Source of the DNA: an uncultured Gammaproteobacteria bacterium
Lineage (GTDB): Bacteria > Patescibacteriota > Microgenomatia > UBA12405
Direction of reading: 5' to 3'
Length of the DNA stretch: 64,000 nucleotides
NCBI GenBank assembly: GCA_964448705.1
Contig: CAYUZS010000002.1
Location: forward strand, 113,577-177,576
The notes below the pieces were generated by a model. The model did no database searches. It was not told the DNA's origin and worked only from the letters and a program-made list of their open reading frames with translations. Shown piece after piece: positions 8,722-19,375 of the stretch. How positions within the stretch are numbered: position 1 is the first letter of the stretch; the number at the start of each line of letters is the position of its first letter. The position numbers were made by a program, and so were the translations under genes.

Positions 8722-10264
8722 TAATAGGACTTAAAGGGGTTAATAATTTTAAATCAATGTTTTGCCGAAGAGCATCGTCGTAAGTAAGGATCTGAAGAAC
8801 TCCGGGGACTGTTTTTAAATAAGAAAAATCCGGGGTTTTAAAAATAAAGTTATCAACTTGGGCAACTTTACCGGTATCCAAACCGGTTGAAATTAAATTG
8901 GCCTGTTTTTGGTACGAAGCCGGATCATGTCGACTGATAAACAAATAATAAATATAAGGTTGGCCGTAAAAATCTGAAAAATAAACGGTCTTGTTTTGGC
9001 TGTGTTGAAGAGCGTAGGACATGGCCGACTGATAGCCATACAACCAATGATCGGGTTTAACTTTTACCATGTGAGAGTAATAAAGATCGGTGTAATAGAT
9101 AAAACTTAAAAGATAAGCCAGAAAAATTGTTAAATAGACTATTTTTTTTGAAAAGCGATTAATTATGAATTCAATACCGCAAGCAGCAAAATAAATTATG
9201 GCAATGCTAAGAGATAGTGTCCGAACCGGTTGAATAATATCCAAAGTTAAAGCTCCCGGCAAAGGCGAAACCAGAAGCCATATTAGAAAAAAACGAGATA
9301 GAAGAGTTACAGGTTTGGAAAGAGTAAAAAATAAACCGATAACAAAAAATAAAACAGTGGGGTACAAAAATGCGCCAATATAAGGAGCCGACTGACGGCC
9401 GATCTGCCAATCCCCTTCAAAAGCTAAAAATCGAGGTGAAAAATAATTGAAATATCTAAGAAAAAAATTTCTAGCAAAGAAAACGACTTCTGAATGATAA
9501 AGACGATAATTAAGGCTGCCTGATTCTTTTAAAATTTCGGCCACTTCAGTTTCAGGTTGATGATATGACCACAGACCAAAGACCTGAAGACGGTTGGAAT
9601 CCGAGCCAAAGAAAAGACCATAGGCGATAGGCAGAGCAAGTAAGAAAAGCGGCAGTATGAACCTGATCAGCAACTGTTTGAAATTTATTTGTTTATAAAA
9701 AGTAAACAAAAGAGCAAGAATCAGTAAAGGAGACATAATTTTTCCACCCTGATAGGTATATAAAGTGGCAGCAAAAACCAAAGAAGAGAAAAATAATTTT
9801 TTAGAAAGAAAAAGATAAGCAGCGGTTAACAACTCAAATAGAAGGACATTCGTTTCCCAACCACCGCGTGAATAATGAATATTCCAAGGGTTGAAAGCGG
9901 TTAAAGCGGCAGCAATTAAAGCCAGACGTTTATGCTGCGGGAAAAATTTAACAATTAATAAATAAAATATAAAAGGTAGAAGAGAACCTAAGATTACAGA
10001 AGGCAATCTGACGGCTAAAGGAGTTGGACCAAGAATGGCAACGAAGGGAGCAGTTAAATAGATATATAATCCGGGTTTGTAATCACCAAAAGACTTGAAA
10101 ATATAGGGCAAAAAACGGCCGTATTCATCACGTCCGGTTTTTAATATGGAATAAGCATTATAGCCAATTGAAGCTTCGTCCCAAAGAAGCGGAGGATAAT
10201 TAATATTAATTATCCTGATAAAGAATCCAAAAATGAGAATAAGTAGAAGTAGTTTTTTATTCAT
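8684..10264 (-). CDS. GT-C membrane glycosyltransferase, GT39/PMT-like (paralog 2)
   Basis: WDEASIGYNAYSILKTGRDEYGRFLPYIFKSFGDYKPGLYIYLTAPF. The C-terminal domain carries YGQPYIYYLFISRHDPASYQ. Confidence 0.7.
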   Translation of the reverse strand: MNKKLLLLILIFGFFIRIININYPPLLWDEASIGYNAYSILKTGRDEYGRFLPYIFKSFGDYKPGLYIYLTAPFVAILGPTPLAVRLPSVILGSLLPFIFYLLIVKFFPQHKRLALIAAALTAFNPWNIHYSRGGWETNVLLFELLTAAYLFLSKKLFFSSLVFAATLYTYQGGKIMSPLLILALLFTFYKQINFKQLLIRFILPLFLLALPIAYGLFFGSDSNRLQVFGLWSYHQPETEVAEILKESGSLNYRLYHSEVVFFARNFFLRYFNYFSPRFLAFEGDWQIGRQSAPYIGAFLYPTVLFFVIGLFFTLSKPVTLLSRFFLIWLLVSPLPGALTLDIIQPVRTLSLSIAIIYFAACGIEFIINRFSKKIVYLTIFLAYLLSFIYYTDLYYSHMVKVKPDHWLYGYQSAMSYALQHSQNKTVYFSDFYGQPYIYYLFISRHDPASYQKQANLISTGLDTGKVAQVDNFIFKTPDFSYLKTVPGVLQILTYDDALRQNIDLKLLTPLSPINGHSSFYAYETP

Positions 10265-11882
10265 GAATTAAAATATCAAAGGCCGGAGTTCCATCCAAAA
10301 AATTAATTGTTTTTATTAGTTTAAAACTTTGAGAAGGATAAGTACCAGGACTGGTGATTAAGAGACTATTCGGTTTGAATGAAGAGTCTTTTATTTCCCA
10401 GTCATTAATAAATACAAATTTATCGAAACCATCGATCCAATACCAATCGGCATGATTATTCCAGTTGAGATTAGGATCTGATTGATACTTGACTGGATCC
10501 CAGGGCCAATAAAAAAGAATAAATTCGTGCGGTTCGCCATATTTTTTAGTGAAATATATATGCTGATATGATGAATAGTTTTCTTTTAAATAGTCGACTG
10601 CCTGCTTGTAGCCATATTGCCAGGAAGAAGAATATTGAACATTATAATTGAGATAGTTTTGCCAATAAGAAATAAACTGAATAACGGAAAATATGATAAC
10701 CACAGGATAGAGGAAAAATAACTTTTTGGTATTTAAAAGAGACAAGCCATAGACTATTGAAAGAAAGTAAAAAGGAAGAGCAATAGTAGCTCTGATTGAG
10801 GGAAAATCACCGACAGTGAGAGCAGCTGGCAGCAAGCAAATTAAAAAACTGATTAATATTTGAAGATTTAGGTGTTTATTTTTAATTCCCAGAATTAATT
10901 TCAATAAACCAAGATAGAAAAAGGGTAAAAAGACAAAATAGATTAAACCAGTTTGAGGTGGGTTAAATTGATAATTTTGGGAACCAGTAAAAAATATCGG
11001 AAGCGGATTGATTAATGAAAGATAGTTGACAAAAACGGTCTGAGTAAAATAGACAACTTTATTATTAAGAGCAACATTCAAAAAATAAGGACCTGTAAAG
11101 AGACGCCTTTTTTCGTTAATTAAATTTATGGAATTCGGATTTATTATGCCAACCCAGCGATTTCTGGCGGCAGACTCCGGTGAAAACAAGTTAAATAAGT
11201 TAGGCAGGGCTAATATTAGAAAAATAGAAAGTGAAAGGAGAAGAGAAAGGCGATTGGTTTTAAAAATAGATTTGAATTTTGCCCAGTTCATGAAAACCAA
11301 AATCGGCAGCAAAAGCGGAACAATAATTCTGGTGTTATGATAGGAGTAGAGTGAAAGAGCAAACAGAAAAGAAGAAAGAATTAACCAACGCGTTTTTTTA
11401 AGTCCATGGTAAAAAAATATCAATCCGGCCAGTAATAAGGTTTGAGAAAAGTCCGATTGGAAAACAGCTCTGGAAGGAAAAAGATTCCAGGGAGTAATGG
11501 CGGCAATAAACATTGCAATCAGAGCTAGATAATTATTTTTGATAAATATTCTGGTGAAGAAAAAAACTAAGACGACAAAAATAGTGCTGAAAATGGCTGA
11601 AGGCAGCCGGATGCTGAGAGCATTAAGGCCTAAAAATTTTACAAAGGGAATAGTAAGATAAAGATTAAAAGTGGTCGGATAATCACCATAAGCCCGAAAA
11701 TTAAAAATAGGCCAACTGACTCCCCATTGATCTTTACCGGTTTGGAGAAGGGAATAAGCATTGTAACCATGGGAAATTTCATCCCAATTTAAGGAAGAAG
11801 GCAGAGTATCCAGATGCCAGAATCGGAAAAAAACAGCAATCAAAAAAATAAAAATAAAAATTAGTTTATGAATGTTTTTCAC
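10257..11882 (-). CDS. GT-C membrane glycosyltransferase, GT39/PMT-like (paralog 3)
   Basis: WDEISHGYNAYSLLQTGKDQWGVSWPIFNFRAYGDYPTTFNLYLTIPF. The C-terminal domain carries YGEPHEFILFYWPWDPVKYQ. Confidence 0.7.
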   Translation of the reverse strand: MKNIHKLIFIFIFLIAVFFRFWHLDTLPSSLNWDEISHGYNAYSLLQTGKDQWGVSWPIFNFRAYGDYPTTFNLYLTIPFVKFLGLNALSIRLPSAIFSTIFVVLVFFFTRIFIKNNYLALIAMFIAAITPWNLFPSRAVFQSDFSQTLLLAGLIFFYHGLKKTRWLILSSFLFALSLYSYHNTRIIVPLLLPILVFMNWAKFKSIFKTNRLSLLLSLSIFLILALPNLFNLFSPESAARNRWVGIINPNSINLINEKRRLFTGPYFLNVALNNKVVYFTQTVFVNYLSLINPLPIFFTGSQNYQFNPPQTGLIYFVFLPFFYLGLLKLILGIKNKHLNLQILISFLICLLPAALTVGDFPSIRATIALPFYFLSIVYGLSLLNTKKLFFLYPVVIIFSVIQFISYWQNYLNYNVQYSSSWQYGYKQAVDYLKENYSSYQHIYFTKKYGEPHEFILFYWPWDPVKYQSDPNLNWNNHADWYWIDGFDKFVFINDWEIKDSSFKPNSLLITSPGTYPSQSFKLIKTINFLDGTPAFDILIHE

Positions 11883-13479
11883 GGATTACTTTGATTATAA
11901 ACAGGGAAATGGCTAAGAGACTAAGTGAATTAGCAATAGTCCGAATAGGGGTGTTGCGAAGATGGAGTTCGAAAGCATAGTTTCCGGTGGGAAGATTCAG
12001 TTGAATTAAACCAAGCTGTGGTTCTATTTTAATATCCTGGAGAGAATTGTTTATTTTTAACTCCCAATTCGGGAAATAAACCATAGGCAGATTAATGACG
12101 GCATAGTCGGATATAACATCCAAACTACCTTTAGCCTGATGACTATTTTTGGAAAAAGAGAGGTTGCTTACCTCTCCTGATTCAATCGAGGGAACGCCGG
12201 AAGAAAATTGGTCGGGAAAACCGATGGAGTAGTTTGGCCAATAGTCTTTTAAACCGGCACCGCTTTGTCTAATAATTTCTGAGGTAGTTAATTTCTGAGA
12301 ATCAGATAAATTTTGATACCAAATATCTTCTTTAAAATAATTAAAATTTAATAAATATGCAGCGGCAATAATGATAAAAGTAAGAAAAACGGAAAAACGT
12401 TTTAAGGGAGCAATTAAAACAAAAGCACCTGAAATTAGTGAGAAACAAAAAACAGCCAGACCGAGAAAACGCCAGGGAAATTGATAATAGGCCATAAACG
12501 GCAATAGCTGCCAAATAAAAGTTGATTTATTGTGGGTTAAAAATAGAGCTAAAAGACCAATGAAAAATCCACTTAGAATCAGCCAACGATGTGATAACTT
12601 TTTATTAAAAAATGTATAGATGACAACTACTAAAGGCAGAATCCACTGAAGATAACCGATCTGAAAGGACATGTCATCCTGAGGACCCCATAGAGATGCA
12701 CCGTAGCCCCAAAAGCGAGAAAGAAACAACTCGGAAATAGTAGTGAAATGATTAATGTAGCTGAAATAACCCTGAGTCATGGTATCGACAGTAACTAAAT
12801 TTTTTTCCAATAAAGCCGGCAAGAGGAAAAAGGAAGACATAAGAAAAGCCAGAACGGAATTAAGGATTAAATTTTTATTGATGTTTTTGGTTAGAAGAGA
12901 AAAAATTAAAACTAAAGGAACAGCGTATAAAGCAGTCAAATTGTGGCTTAAAAGAAGAAAAAGGAGAGAAACGATATAGAGATTGGATTTTTTGGAAAGC
13001 AGAGCAAATAAAACTAAGGGAATAAAACTGAGCGCCCAATATTCGCCTAACGCTCCCCTGACAAATCCATCAACAGCCTGATATGGAGCCAGAGTATACA
13101 AAACGCTGCTGACTAAACCACCAGCCGGACCAAATAAGAAGTTACCTAAAAGGTAAGTAGAAACGGAACGAATTAAATTTGGAATTATAAAAACAGCTTT
13201 AATACTGTTGATATAATCCAGACCGGTTAGATGAAAAGCTTCGGCAACCAGGTACGGAAGAGGTGAATAATAATTGTAGAGCGGATAACCATAACCAAAT
13301 CCCCCATCAGCAATAAAACGACAGGGAATTTGACCATCATGAAGACAGCTATCAAGCTGCTGCAATCTAAAAATCTGAATATCATCCTGCATGGAAAAAT
13401 AGCCCGGACGAAAGAGTCTTAAACTAATTGAAAAACCGATAAACAGAGAAATCAAAAGGAATATTTTACTTTTGTTCAT
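11866..13479 (-). CDS. Large polytopic membrane protein, family B (paralog of 30072-31859); putative glycosylation-associated
   Basis: N-terminal MQDDIQIFRLQQLDSCLHDGQIPCRFIADGGFGYGYPLYNYYSPLPYLVAEAF aligns with NMHDDMQLIRQLEMEKCFNDGQIPCRWTPDLGYGYGYPLFNFYPPLPYLVGQIF of the other copy. The C-terminal ...LHLRNTPIRTIANSL... matches the other copy as well. It may belong to the PTPS-related membrane-protein family, but that is an unverified recollection. Confidence 0.5.
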   Translation of the reverse strand: MNKSKIFLLISLFIGFSISLRLFRPGYFSMQDDIQIFRLQQLDSCLHDGQIPCRFIADGGFGYGYPLYNYYSPLPYLVAEAFHLTGLDYINSIKAVFIIPNLIRSVSTYLLGNFLFGPAGGLVSSVLYTLAPYQAVDGFVRGALGEYWALSFIPLVLFALLSKKSNLYIVSLLFLLLSHNLTALYAVPLVLIFSLLTKNINKNLILNSVLAFLMSSFFLLPALLEKNLVTVDTMTQGYFSYINHFTTISELFLSRFWGYGASLWGPQDDMSFQIGYLQWILPLVVVIYTFFNKKLSHRWLILSGFFIGLLALFLTHNKSTFIWQLLPFMAYYQFPWRFLGLAVFCFSLISGAFVLIAPLKRFSVFLTFIIIAAAYLLNFNYFKEDIWYQNLSDSQKLTTSEIIRQSGAGLKDYWPNYSIGFPDQFSSGVPSIESGEVSNLSFSKNSHQAKGSLDVISDYAVINLPMVYFPNWELKINNSLQDIKIEPQLGLIQLNLPTGNYAFELHLRNTPIRTIANSLSLLAISLFIIKVIREKHS

Positions 13480-15085
13480 GTGGAGTGATGATTAAAAATT
13501 GAGGCGAGGTGAGATATCTTTTTTCAGTTTGAGAGATGATATCAAACGATGATTTATTGGAAAGAGACTGATATTCATCGCCGGTGATGACATAAACCTG
13601 AGAAGCGGTTGAAGGAATTTTATCCATATTAAGATGGCCAAAATAATAATTATTGTTTAAAGCGGTGCCATCAAAGAAATCGTTTTGGAGATGAGACAAT
13701 TGGTCGGAAAGAGATTTAGAGGGTGAAGAGTAATAGGGAGTATAGAAAAGGAAGAAAGGCATAAATGGTTCGAAACTATCGGAGAAATAAATATCATTTC
13801 CCGGATATTTGGAAGTTAAAAGGATTGCATCTTTCATGCCGGTGTGCCATGTAGCGGCAGAAGACTGAGGATAGTGAATAGTATAGTAATGGGCAAAATT
13901 TAAAAAAAGCAAAAAATATAGAGGCAGTAAAAACTTTTTTTTATTTAAACCAAGATAAGAAAAGTAGATCAACGAGGGAAGCATTAAGATTAACCGGGTG
14001 GCATGGGGAGAAAGGGAATCACGGGTTAGAGAATAGGGAATGGGAGCCAGAATCAACAGCCAAAAAAATAAAGAACCGATTTTGGTTGGTTTTTTAAAAT
14101 AAATAAATATTCCCAAGGGGATAACAAATAAGTCGAGCAAATATAATAATCCATGCCCGCCAAAACCATGACGAAGATTGTCGTCGCCTTTGAGAAACAA
14201 AAATGAGGTAGAGAAAGAAGAAACATAATTTTCGACAAATTTTTGAGCAACTAACTGATACTTGTTGTGTAATATTTTGGAAATAAAGGATGTTTTTACA
14301 CCAACTTCACCGTAATGATTTAAAAGGACATCTTCATATCGAAGATGGTCGGTTACCTGCTCCCGATGGGGTTGAGTAAAAATACCAATATAGGAAAATC
14401 TGAAACCACTTTGACCGGAAAAGGTATCAATGGCTAAGGGAGTTAATAAAAGTAAACCTAAAATTATTCCGGAAAGTAAATGGAGAGGAAGCATTTTTTT
14501 AATATCAGAACGCCAGATAATGAGGATTAACAATAGAAGTATGGGTAAGAATAAATTGGCGGTGCTGTAGAAATAAGGAGCTTGAACGAAAGCGATGACA
14601 GCCAACAATAACCAAGATAATTTATGATTTAAAAGATATCTTTTCCAAAAATAGATTCCGGCCAGTAGAAACATAATCATGCCCGATACTTCAAATCCTG
14701 TTCGACTGTAATGTATAGCCCACGGTGAGATGGCTAATAAAAAGGATGCCAGAGGGGAATTGGTGATCAAATATATTAAAATTACTGAAAGAACACCAAA
14801 AACTGCTGAAGGCAGACGAACAGAAAGTTCCGGACTGAAGCCAATTTTTTGGAAAAAGGCAATACTATATATAAGGGAAGGAGTTCTCCAATCGGAGAAA
14901 GAATGAAAATGAGAAGGAAATTGGTTGCCAAAATAGTCTGATTGAGAGTGATTGAAAACCAGGGCTTGATAGCCGGCATCAACTTCATCTGAAAACAAAG
15001 CCGGAGGAAAATTACTTAAATTAAGGAAACGACTGAAGACAGCTATAAGCAAAATTAAGAATAATATCGATATTTTAGTTTTCAT
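13466..15085 (-). CDS. GT-C membrane glycosyltransferase, GT39/PMT-like (paralog 4, divergent)
   Basis: SDEVDAGYQALVFNHSQSDYFGNQFPSHFHSFSDWRTPSLIYSIAFF keeps the DE..GY...F.SF.D....Y pattern. It has multiple TM segments and a conserved C-terminal domain. Confidence 0.65.
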   Translation of the reverse strand: MKTKISILFLILLIAVFSRFLNLSNFPPALFSDEVDAGYQALVFNHSQSDYFGNQFPSHFHSFSDWRTPSLIYSIAFFQKIGFSPELSVRLPSAVFGVLSVILIYLITNSPLASFLLAISPWAIHYSRTGFEVSGMIMFLLAGIYFWKRYLLNHKLSWLLLAVIAFVQAPYFYSTANLFLPILLLLILIIWRSDIKKMLPLHLLSGIILGLLLLTPLAIDTFSGQSGFRFSYIGIFTQPHREQVTDHLRYEDVLLNHYGEVGVKTSFISKILHNKYQLVAQKFVENYVSSFSTSFLFLKGDDNLRHGFGGHGLLYLLDLFVIPLGIFIYFKKPTKIGSLFFWLLILAPIPYSLTRDSLSPHATRLILMLPSLIYFSYLGLNKKKFLLPLYFLLFLNFAHYYTIHYPQSSAATWHTGMKDAILLTSKYPGNDIYFSDSFEPFMPFFLFYTPYYSSPSKSLSDQLSHLQNDFFDGTALNNNYYFGHLNMDKIPSTASQVYVITGDEYQSLSNKSSFDIISQTEKRYLTSPQFLIITPHEQK

Positions 15086-15109
15086 TTTCTCCTTCTTTAT
15101 TTTATACTA

Positions 15110-16492
15110 ATGCCAATGAAAAAATGGTTGGCAGTAATTTTATGGCTACTGGCATCAATAAACAGTCTGATAACGGCAATAAGTATTAACTATCCGCCAA
15201 CAGGGGAACAATTGGCGGTACTTAACGGCATGAAACTGTCTGGAGAAACAAACTTGTGGATTTTAAGAATAATCACCTTTTTAATGTTGGGAATCAGTTG
15301 GTGGTGCTGGTATGTTTTGATTTCTAAAGTTGATAAAAAGTTGGCATTTTGGACGATAACCGTTTTATCAATATCACCGGTAACTTTGATATTAGGGCTT
15401 ATTCACCCGATTGTGACGTTTAAAATATTGACAGTATCCATAGCCGTCTATTTTTTATTTCATAAAAATCTGGGTTTGAAACAACAGTGGCTGGTTTTTT
15501 TGATTTTGGCAGTATTTAGCGTACTATTTAACATTTTTGTGATTAAGAATAAACCGGCGATATTCAGTAAACTGTCGATTACGGAAGCTCAGGTAGAGGT
15601 TACTAAAAGATTTACCAATGAAGACAGTTTAAATACTAAAATTGAGCTGCCTTTATGGTGGAGGCGGTTATCTTACAATAAATATTTCTTTGTCTATAAA
15701 AGAACTTTAGCGGAAACACTCCCCTTCTTTGATTTTGAATCCTTATTTTTTCAGGAAGTTCACCCTTTGGAACAAAAGTCGGTGGTTATGTTTTACTGGA
15801 TAGAGTTTTATTTGTTTTTGATGGGAATTTATTTTTTTGTTAAAAATAAAGATGTATTTTTAAGAAGAATTTTGATTTACGGAATACTGCTATCGTGGGT
15901 AAATTTTGTCTTCTCGGAAGGACCGGCTTATCTGAGACTTATTTATTTAACACTGCCAATATCGCTGGTTATTTCAAAAGGTTGGATGGAATTGGCACAA
16001 GCAGCTAAAAATAAATATGCTTTAGCATCGGTTCTGTCGCCGATTGTTTTTATACTAATAATTTTTGCTATTCAAGTGAACCATATTGATTTGAGGGTCC
16101 GTACCCAAAAATGGTTTGATAACCGACCTTTGGCCTATCAGTTTTGGTTTGAAAACCTAAAAAAAATTGATTATCGTAAATATGAAAAAATTCAGATAAC
16201 AACTTTAATCGGCGATGCCAAATCATATTGTTTATATTATTTGGGTGATGACTGTAATCAGGAAAAATATGTTTTTAACAGTTTTGACTTAAGCCAGGAA
16301 AAACCGACTGATCATGGTATATATGCCGGTTTTTCAGGAGAATTTGCTGGTCCGGATTTTAAAAACCAAATTTCTGCCAATTGGAAAGAAGTTTCTGTCG
16401 ATAAAGGTTTGGAATTTGTAGGGACAATGAATTTGAACGACAATATTGCCGACAAATTTGGAAACGATATTGGTTTGGCAGTAAAAAAATGA
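15110..16492 (+). CDS. Membrane protein with GT-C-paralog-like C-terminal domain but no DE loop motif
   Basis: After TM1 the sequence INYPPTGEQLAVLNGMKL stands where the paralogs have INYPPLLWDEASIGYNAYS. The C-terminal soluble domain carries DAKSYCLYYLGDDCNQEKYVFN, resembling the QPYIYYLF...DP..Y domain of the GT-C paralogs. Confidence 0.5.
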   Translation: MPMKKWLAVILWLLASINSLITAISINYPPTGEQLAVLNGMKLSGETNLWILRIITFLMLGISWWCWYVLISKVDKKLAFWTITVLSISPVTLILGLIHPIVTFKILTVSIAVYFLFHKNLGLKQQWLVFLILAVFSVLFNIFVIKNKPAIFSKLSITEAQVEVTKRFTNEDSLNTKIELPLWWRRLSYNKYFFVYKRTLAETLPFFDFESLFFQEVHPLEQKSVVMFYWIEFYLFLMGIYFFVKNKDVFLRRILIYGILLSWVNFVFSEGPAYLRLIYLTLPISLVISKGWMELAQAAKNKYALASVLSPIVFILIIFAIQVNHIDLRVRTQKWFDNRPLAYQFWFENLKKIDYRKYEKIQITTLIGDAKSYCLYYLGDDCNQEKYVFNSFDLSQEKPTDHGIYAGFSGEFAGPDFKNQISANWKEVSVDKGLEFVGTMNLNDNIADKFGNDIGLAVKK

Positions 16493-18153
16493 AAAATAAA
16501 TTAAGAAATCTGATATTTTTGGTAATTGTGATAATCGGCATAATAATCCGATTTGCCTCATTGGATAAGTCTCCGCCGTCATTAGGTTTTGATGAAGCAT
16601 CACTGGGATATAACGCCTATTCAATCATGAAAACAGGCAAAGATGAATATGGAAACTTTATGCCGATTTCATTACGTTCTTTTAATGATTTTAAACCGGC
16701 TTTGTACGCTTATTTAAGTATTCCTTTTATATATTTTGGCGGCCTTAATGATTCAACAGTGAGAATGGTTTCAGCATTAGCCGGCAGTGTGTCACTGATT
16801 TTTTTGTTTTTTCTGTTGAAGAAATATATTAAAAATAAATGGCTGGCGGTTGGAATATTTTTACTGCTATCCTTTGAACCATGGAGACTGCACTTTTCCA
16901 GAAATGCCTTTGAAACTCATTTATCAATGTCGCTTTTTACTATCGGTTGCTGGTGGCTTCTGGAAAAAAAGAAAAAGTTTAATAAATTCTGGGCAGTAAT
17001 ATTTTTAGGGTTGGCAGCATACAGTTACCATTCGGCCCGATTAAGCGGTCCACTATTATTAATATTTTGGCTTTTAGACCCAATTAAGTTGTCATTCCGC
17101 AAAGATTTTTTTGTAAAACTAGGAAATTTTGTAAAAAATAATATATTTAAATTTTGGCCGGTATTCGGATTAATTTTAGTATGTGTACCTATTTTTTTAA
17201 TGAACAGCGGTAATTTAGTGTTGACCAGATTTAACCAAGAAAATGTATTTCAAAGATATTTTCCTTATGCTCCAAAAGAAATAGCTAACCCATTAAGTTC
17301 GGCGTATTACCTAATGGGGATAATCAGCGGCCACGTGTTTTCCAATATTTCACCCATAAATTTAAACTGGAGAATTTTTCAATGGGTAAAAATGTCTCCA
17401 CAATTTATTCCGGGGATGGGAATGCTAGGATGGCTGGAAGGAATATTTTTTATTATCGGTCTGACGGAATTGATTAAGATGATAAAAAAATCGAGTAAAC
17501 ATCGATTTCTAGTTTACTGGATTATTGCCGGAGCGGCACCTTCGGCAGCGACATGGACATGGTTTCACCCTTTAAGATCCCTGAATATTTATCCGGCGAT
17601 GGAGATAGTGGTAGCCATGGGAATTCAAAAAATACTTAAAGAACTGAATGCGGCACGAGTTAACCGAATTATTAAAACGGGAGCGATAGCCGCGGGAGTG
17701 GTGATTTTGGGATTAACAACGGTGTTTACAATAAATAATGAATTACTGTACAGTGCCTATGAAAATCACGGTGAATATCAACCTGGCGGTTACAAAGAAG
17801 GAATGCCATTTTTAAAAAGCATTCAGGATAATTATGACCAAGTAGTCATTGATACCCCGCACGCCCAGCAATTTGTATTTTTAATGTTTTATGAACAAAT
17901 GGATCCGACTTTTGTGCAAAAAATTGCCGATATTAGACCAAAACCGGGAATAGAGGGTAATTTAACCTTTAATTTCGATAAATTTGTATTTAGAAAAGTT
18001 GATTGGCCACAAGATCAATTTCTTAAAAAAACAGTTTTTTGGACTGATCAGACGATCTCTTCAGAAGAAATAGAAAGAGTACCGGGAAATAAATTGAGGA
18101 TGAAAGTAGACAACGCACTTTATCAGGCTGCTGATATAATTACCACAGAATAG
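16489..18153 (+). CDS. GT-C membrane glycosyltransferase, GT39/PMT-like (paralog 5)
   Basis: FDEASLGYNAYSIMKTGKDEYGNFMPISLRSFNDFKPALYAYLSIPF. The C-terminal domain carries HAQQFVFLMFYEQMDPTFVQ. Confidence 0.7.
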   Translation: MKNKLRNLIFLVIVIIGIIIRFASLDKSPPSLGFDEASLGYNAYSIMKTGKDEYGNFMPISLRSFNDFKPALYAYLSIPFIYFGGLNDSTVRMVSALAGSVSLIFLFFLLKKYIKNKWLAVGIFLLLSFEPWRLHFSRNAFETHLSMSLFTIGCWWLLEKKKKFNKFWAVIFLGLAAYSYHSARLSGPLLLIFWLLDPIKLSFRKDFFVKLGNFVKNNIFKFWPVFGLILVCVPIFLMNSGNLVLTRFNQENVFQRYFPYAPKEIANPLSSAYYLMGIISGHVFSNISPINLNWRIFQWVKMSPQFIPGMGMLGWLEGIFFIIGLTELIKMIKKSSKHRFLVYWIIAGAAPSAATWTWFHPLRSLNIYPAMEIVVAMGIQKILKELNAARVNRIIKTGAIAAGVVILGLTTVFTINNELLYSAYENHGEYQPGGYKEGMPFLKSIQDNYDQVVIDTPHAQQFVFLMFYEQMDPTFVQKIADIRPKPGIEGNLTFNFDKFVFRKVDWPQDQFLKKTVFWTDQTISSEEIERVPGNKLRMKVDNALYQAADIITTE

Positions 18154-18154
18154 T

Positions 18155-19375
18155 ATGAAAAAAATATTGCTATTAGCGGCGAGTTTGTATTTTTTCCTGG
18201 CACCTTTGACTTACCATCCGGATACAAAACTAGTGCTGTATTATCCAACTTTAAACAACGGCAGAGTGTGGGATATTTATACCTATTTAAACGAGAATGC
18301 CAATGCCGCCCCGAAATTTCATTATCCTCCGGCACATTTTTGGCTGTTAAAGGCAGAATTGCCGGTAGTTAAATTAATCGGAGGAAATCAAATTGTAAAA
18401 TGGCTGAACACCGGCGGGAACATCGCTTTCAGAGATGAAAATATATTTTTAAACAATTTAGCTGTTAAAACACCACTATTAATTTTAGTTTTAATTTCCG
18501 GCTGGTTGATATTTAAGATAGCGGTTAAAAACGGATATAATTTAAAATTTGCAAAAGCAGCGGCAATAATCTGGCTATTTAATCCAATAACTTTATATTC
18601 AGCGGTGATAATGGGTCAGAATGATATTTTGGCCTTACTCCCCTTTTTAATCGGTTTATGGTTTTATTTTGACCATCCTTTTTGGGCATTCACCTGGTTT
18701 GGACTGGCGGGAAGTGTAAAAAGTTATCCTTTGTTATGGGCGTTAATAGCCGGATTGATTTATCCAAAAAGCGGTTGGATTAAAAAAATATCTTTGGCAA
18801 TGTGGCCGATAATAATCTACATAGCGACAATGTTACCTTTTATAAAATATCCATACTTTCGAGAAGATGTTTTGTACAGCGGATTATCAATCAGAATGTT
18901 TGACAGTGCGATTAACATCGGTTTAGGAGACAAAGTTTTACTAGTACCGATGCTGTTGGTGGCTTTGACTCTAATCGGGATTAAAAATAATTTAGGTAGA
19001 AACCTAAAAAAACTAACATTAATTTTGATGTCGGCGACGATGATAATTTTAGGATTTACTCATTTTCATCCGCAATGGTTTATCTGGATTATGCCATTTA
19101 TGGCTTTACAGTTTGCAACTGAAGAAAAACAGCGGCAATGGTGGCTGATTTTGCCGGCATTATTAATAATAATTTTATTATTTGAGGACAAATTCTTGTA
19201 CTGGGGATTGATTTCACCGATTAATCAGGAAGTAATTAATTTACCTTTGATTAATGAGTGGTTGAATTTGAAAGGGATAGATACGAGTCTACTGAACAAT
19301 CTAGCCCATTCAATTTTGGCAGGTTTTGGAATTTATGGATTATTTAATGCGGATAAAAAAGATGATGAAAAATAA
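18155..19375 (+). CDS. Polytopic membrane protein, unknown family (about 10 predicted TM)
   Basis: Hydrophobic throughout. It sits between two GT-C paralogs on the same strand. No diagnostic motif was recognised. Confidence 0.45.
   Translation: MKKILLLAASLYFFLAPLTYHPDTKLVLYYPTLNNGRVWDIYTYLNENANAAPKFHYPPAHFWLLKAELPVVKLIGGNQIVKWLNTGGNIAFRDENIFLNNLAVKTPLLILVLISGWLIFKIAVKNGYNLKFAKAAAIIWLFNPITLYSAVIMGQNDILALLPFLIGLWFYFDHPFWAFTWFGLAGSVKSYPLLWALIAGLIYPKSGWIKKISLAMWPIIIYIATMLPFIKYPYFREDVLYSGLSIRMFDSAINIGLGDKVLLVPMLLVALTLIGIKNNLGRNLKKLTLILMSATMIILGFTHFHPQWFIWIMPFMALQFATEEKQRQWWLILPALLIIILLFEDKFLYWGLISPINQEVINLPLINEWLNLKGIDTSLLNNLAHSILAGFGIYGLFNADKKDDEK

Noticed and set aside
18155-19375. Calling the 406-aa membrane protein a GT87/PimE-like mannosyltransferase.
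   Set aside because: Only a general resemblance: about 400 aa, polytopic, in a glycosylation context. I could not identify a family-specific motif, so it is left as an unknown membrane protein.
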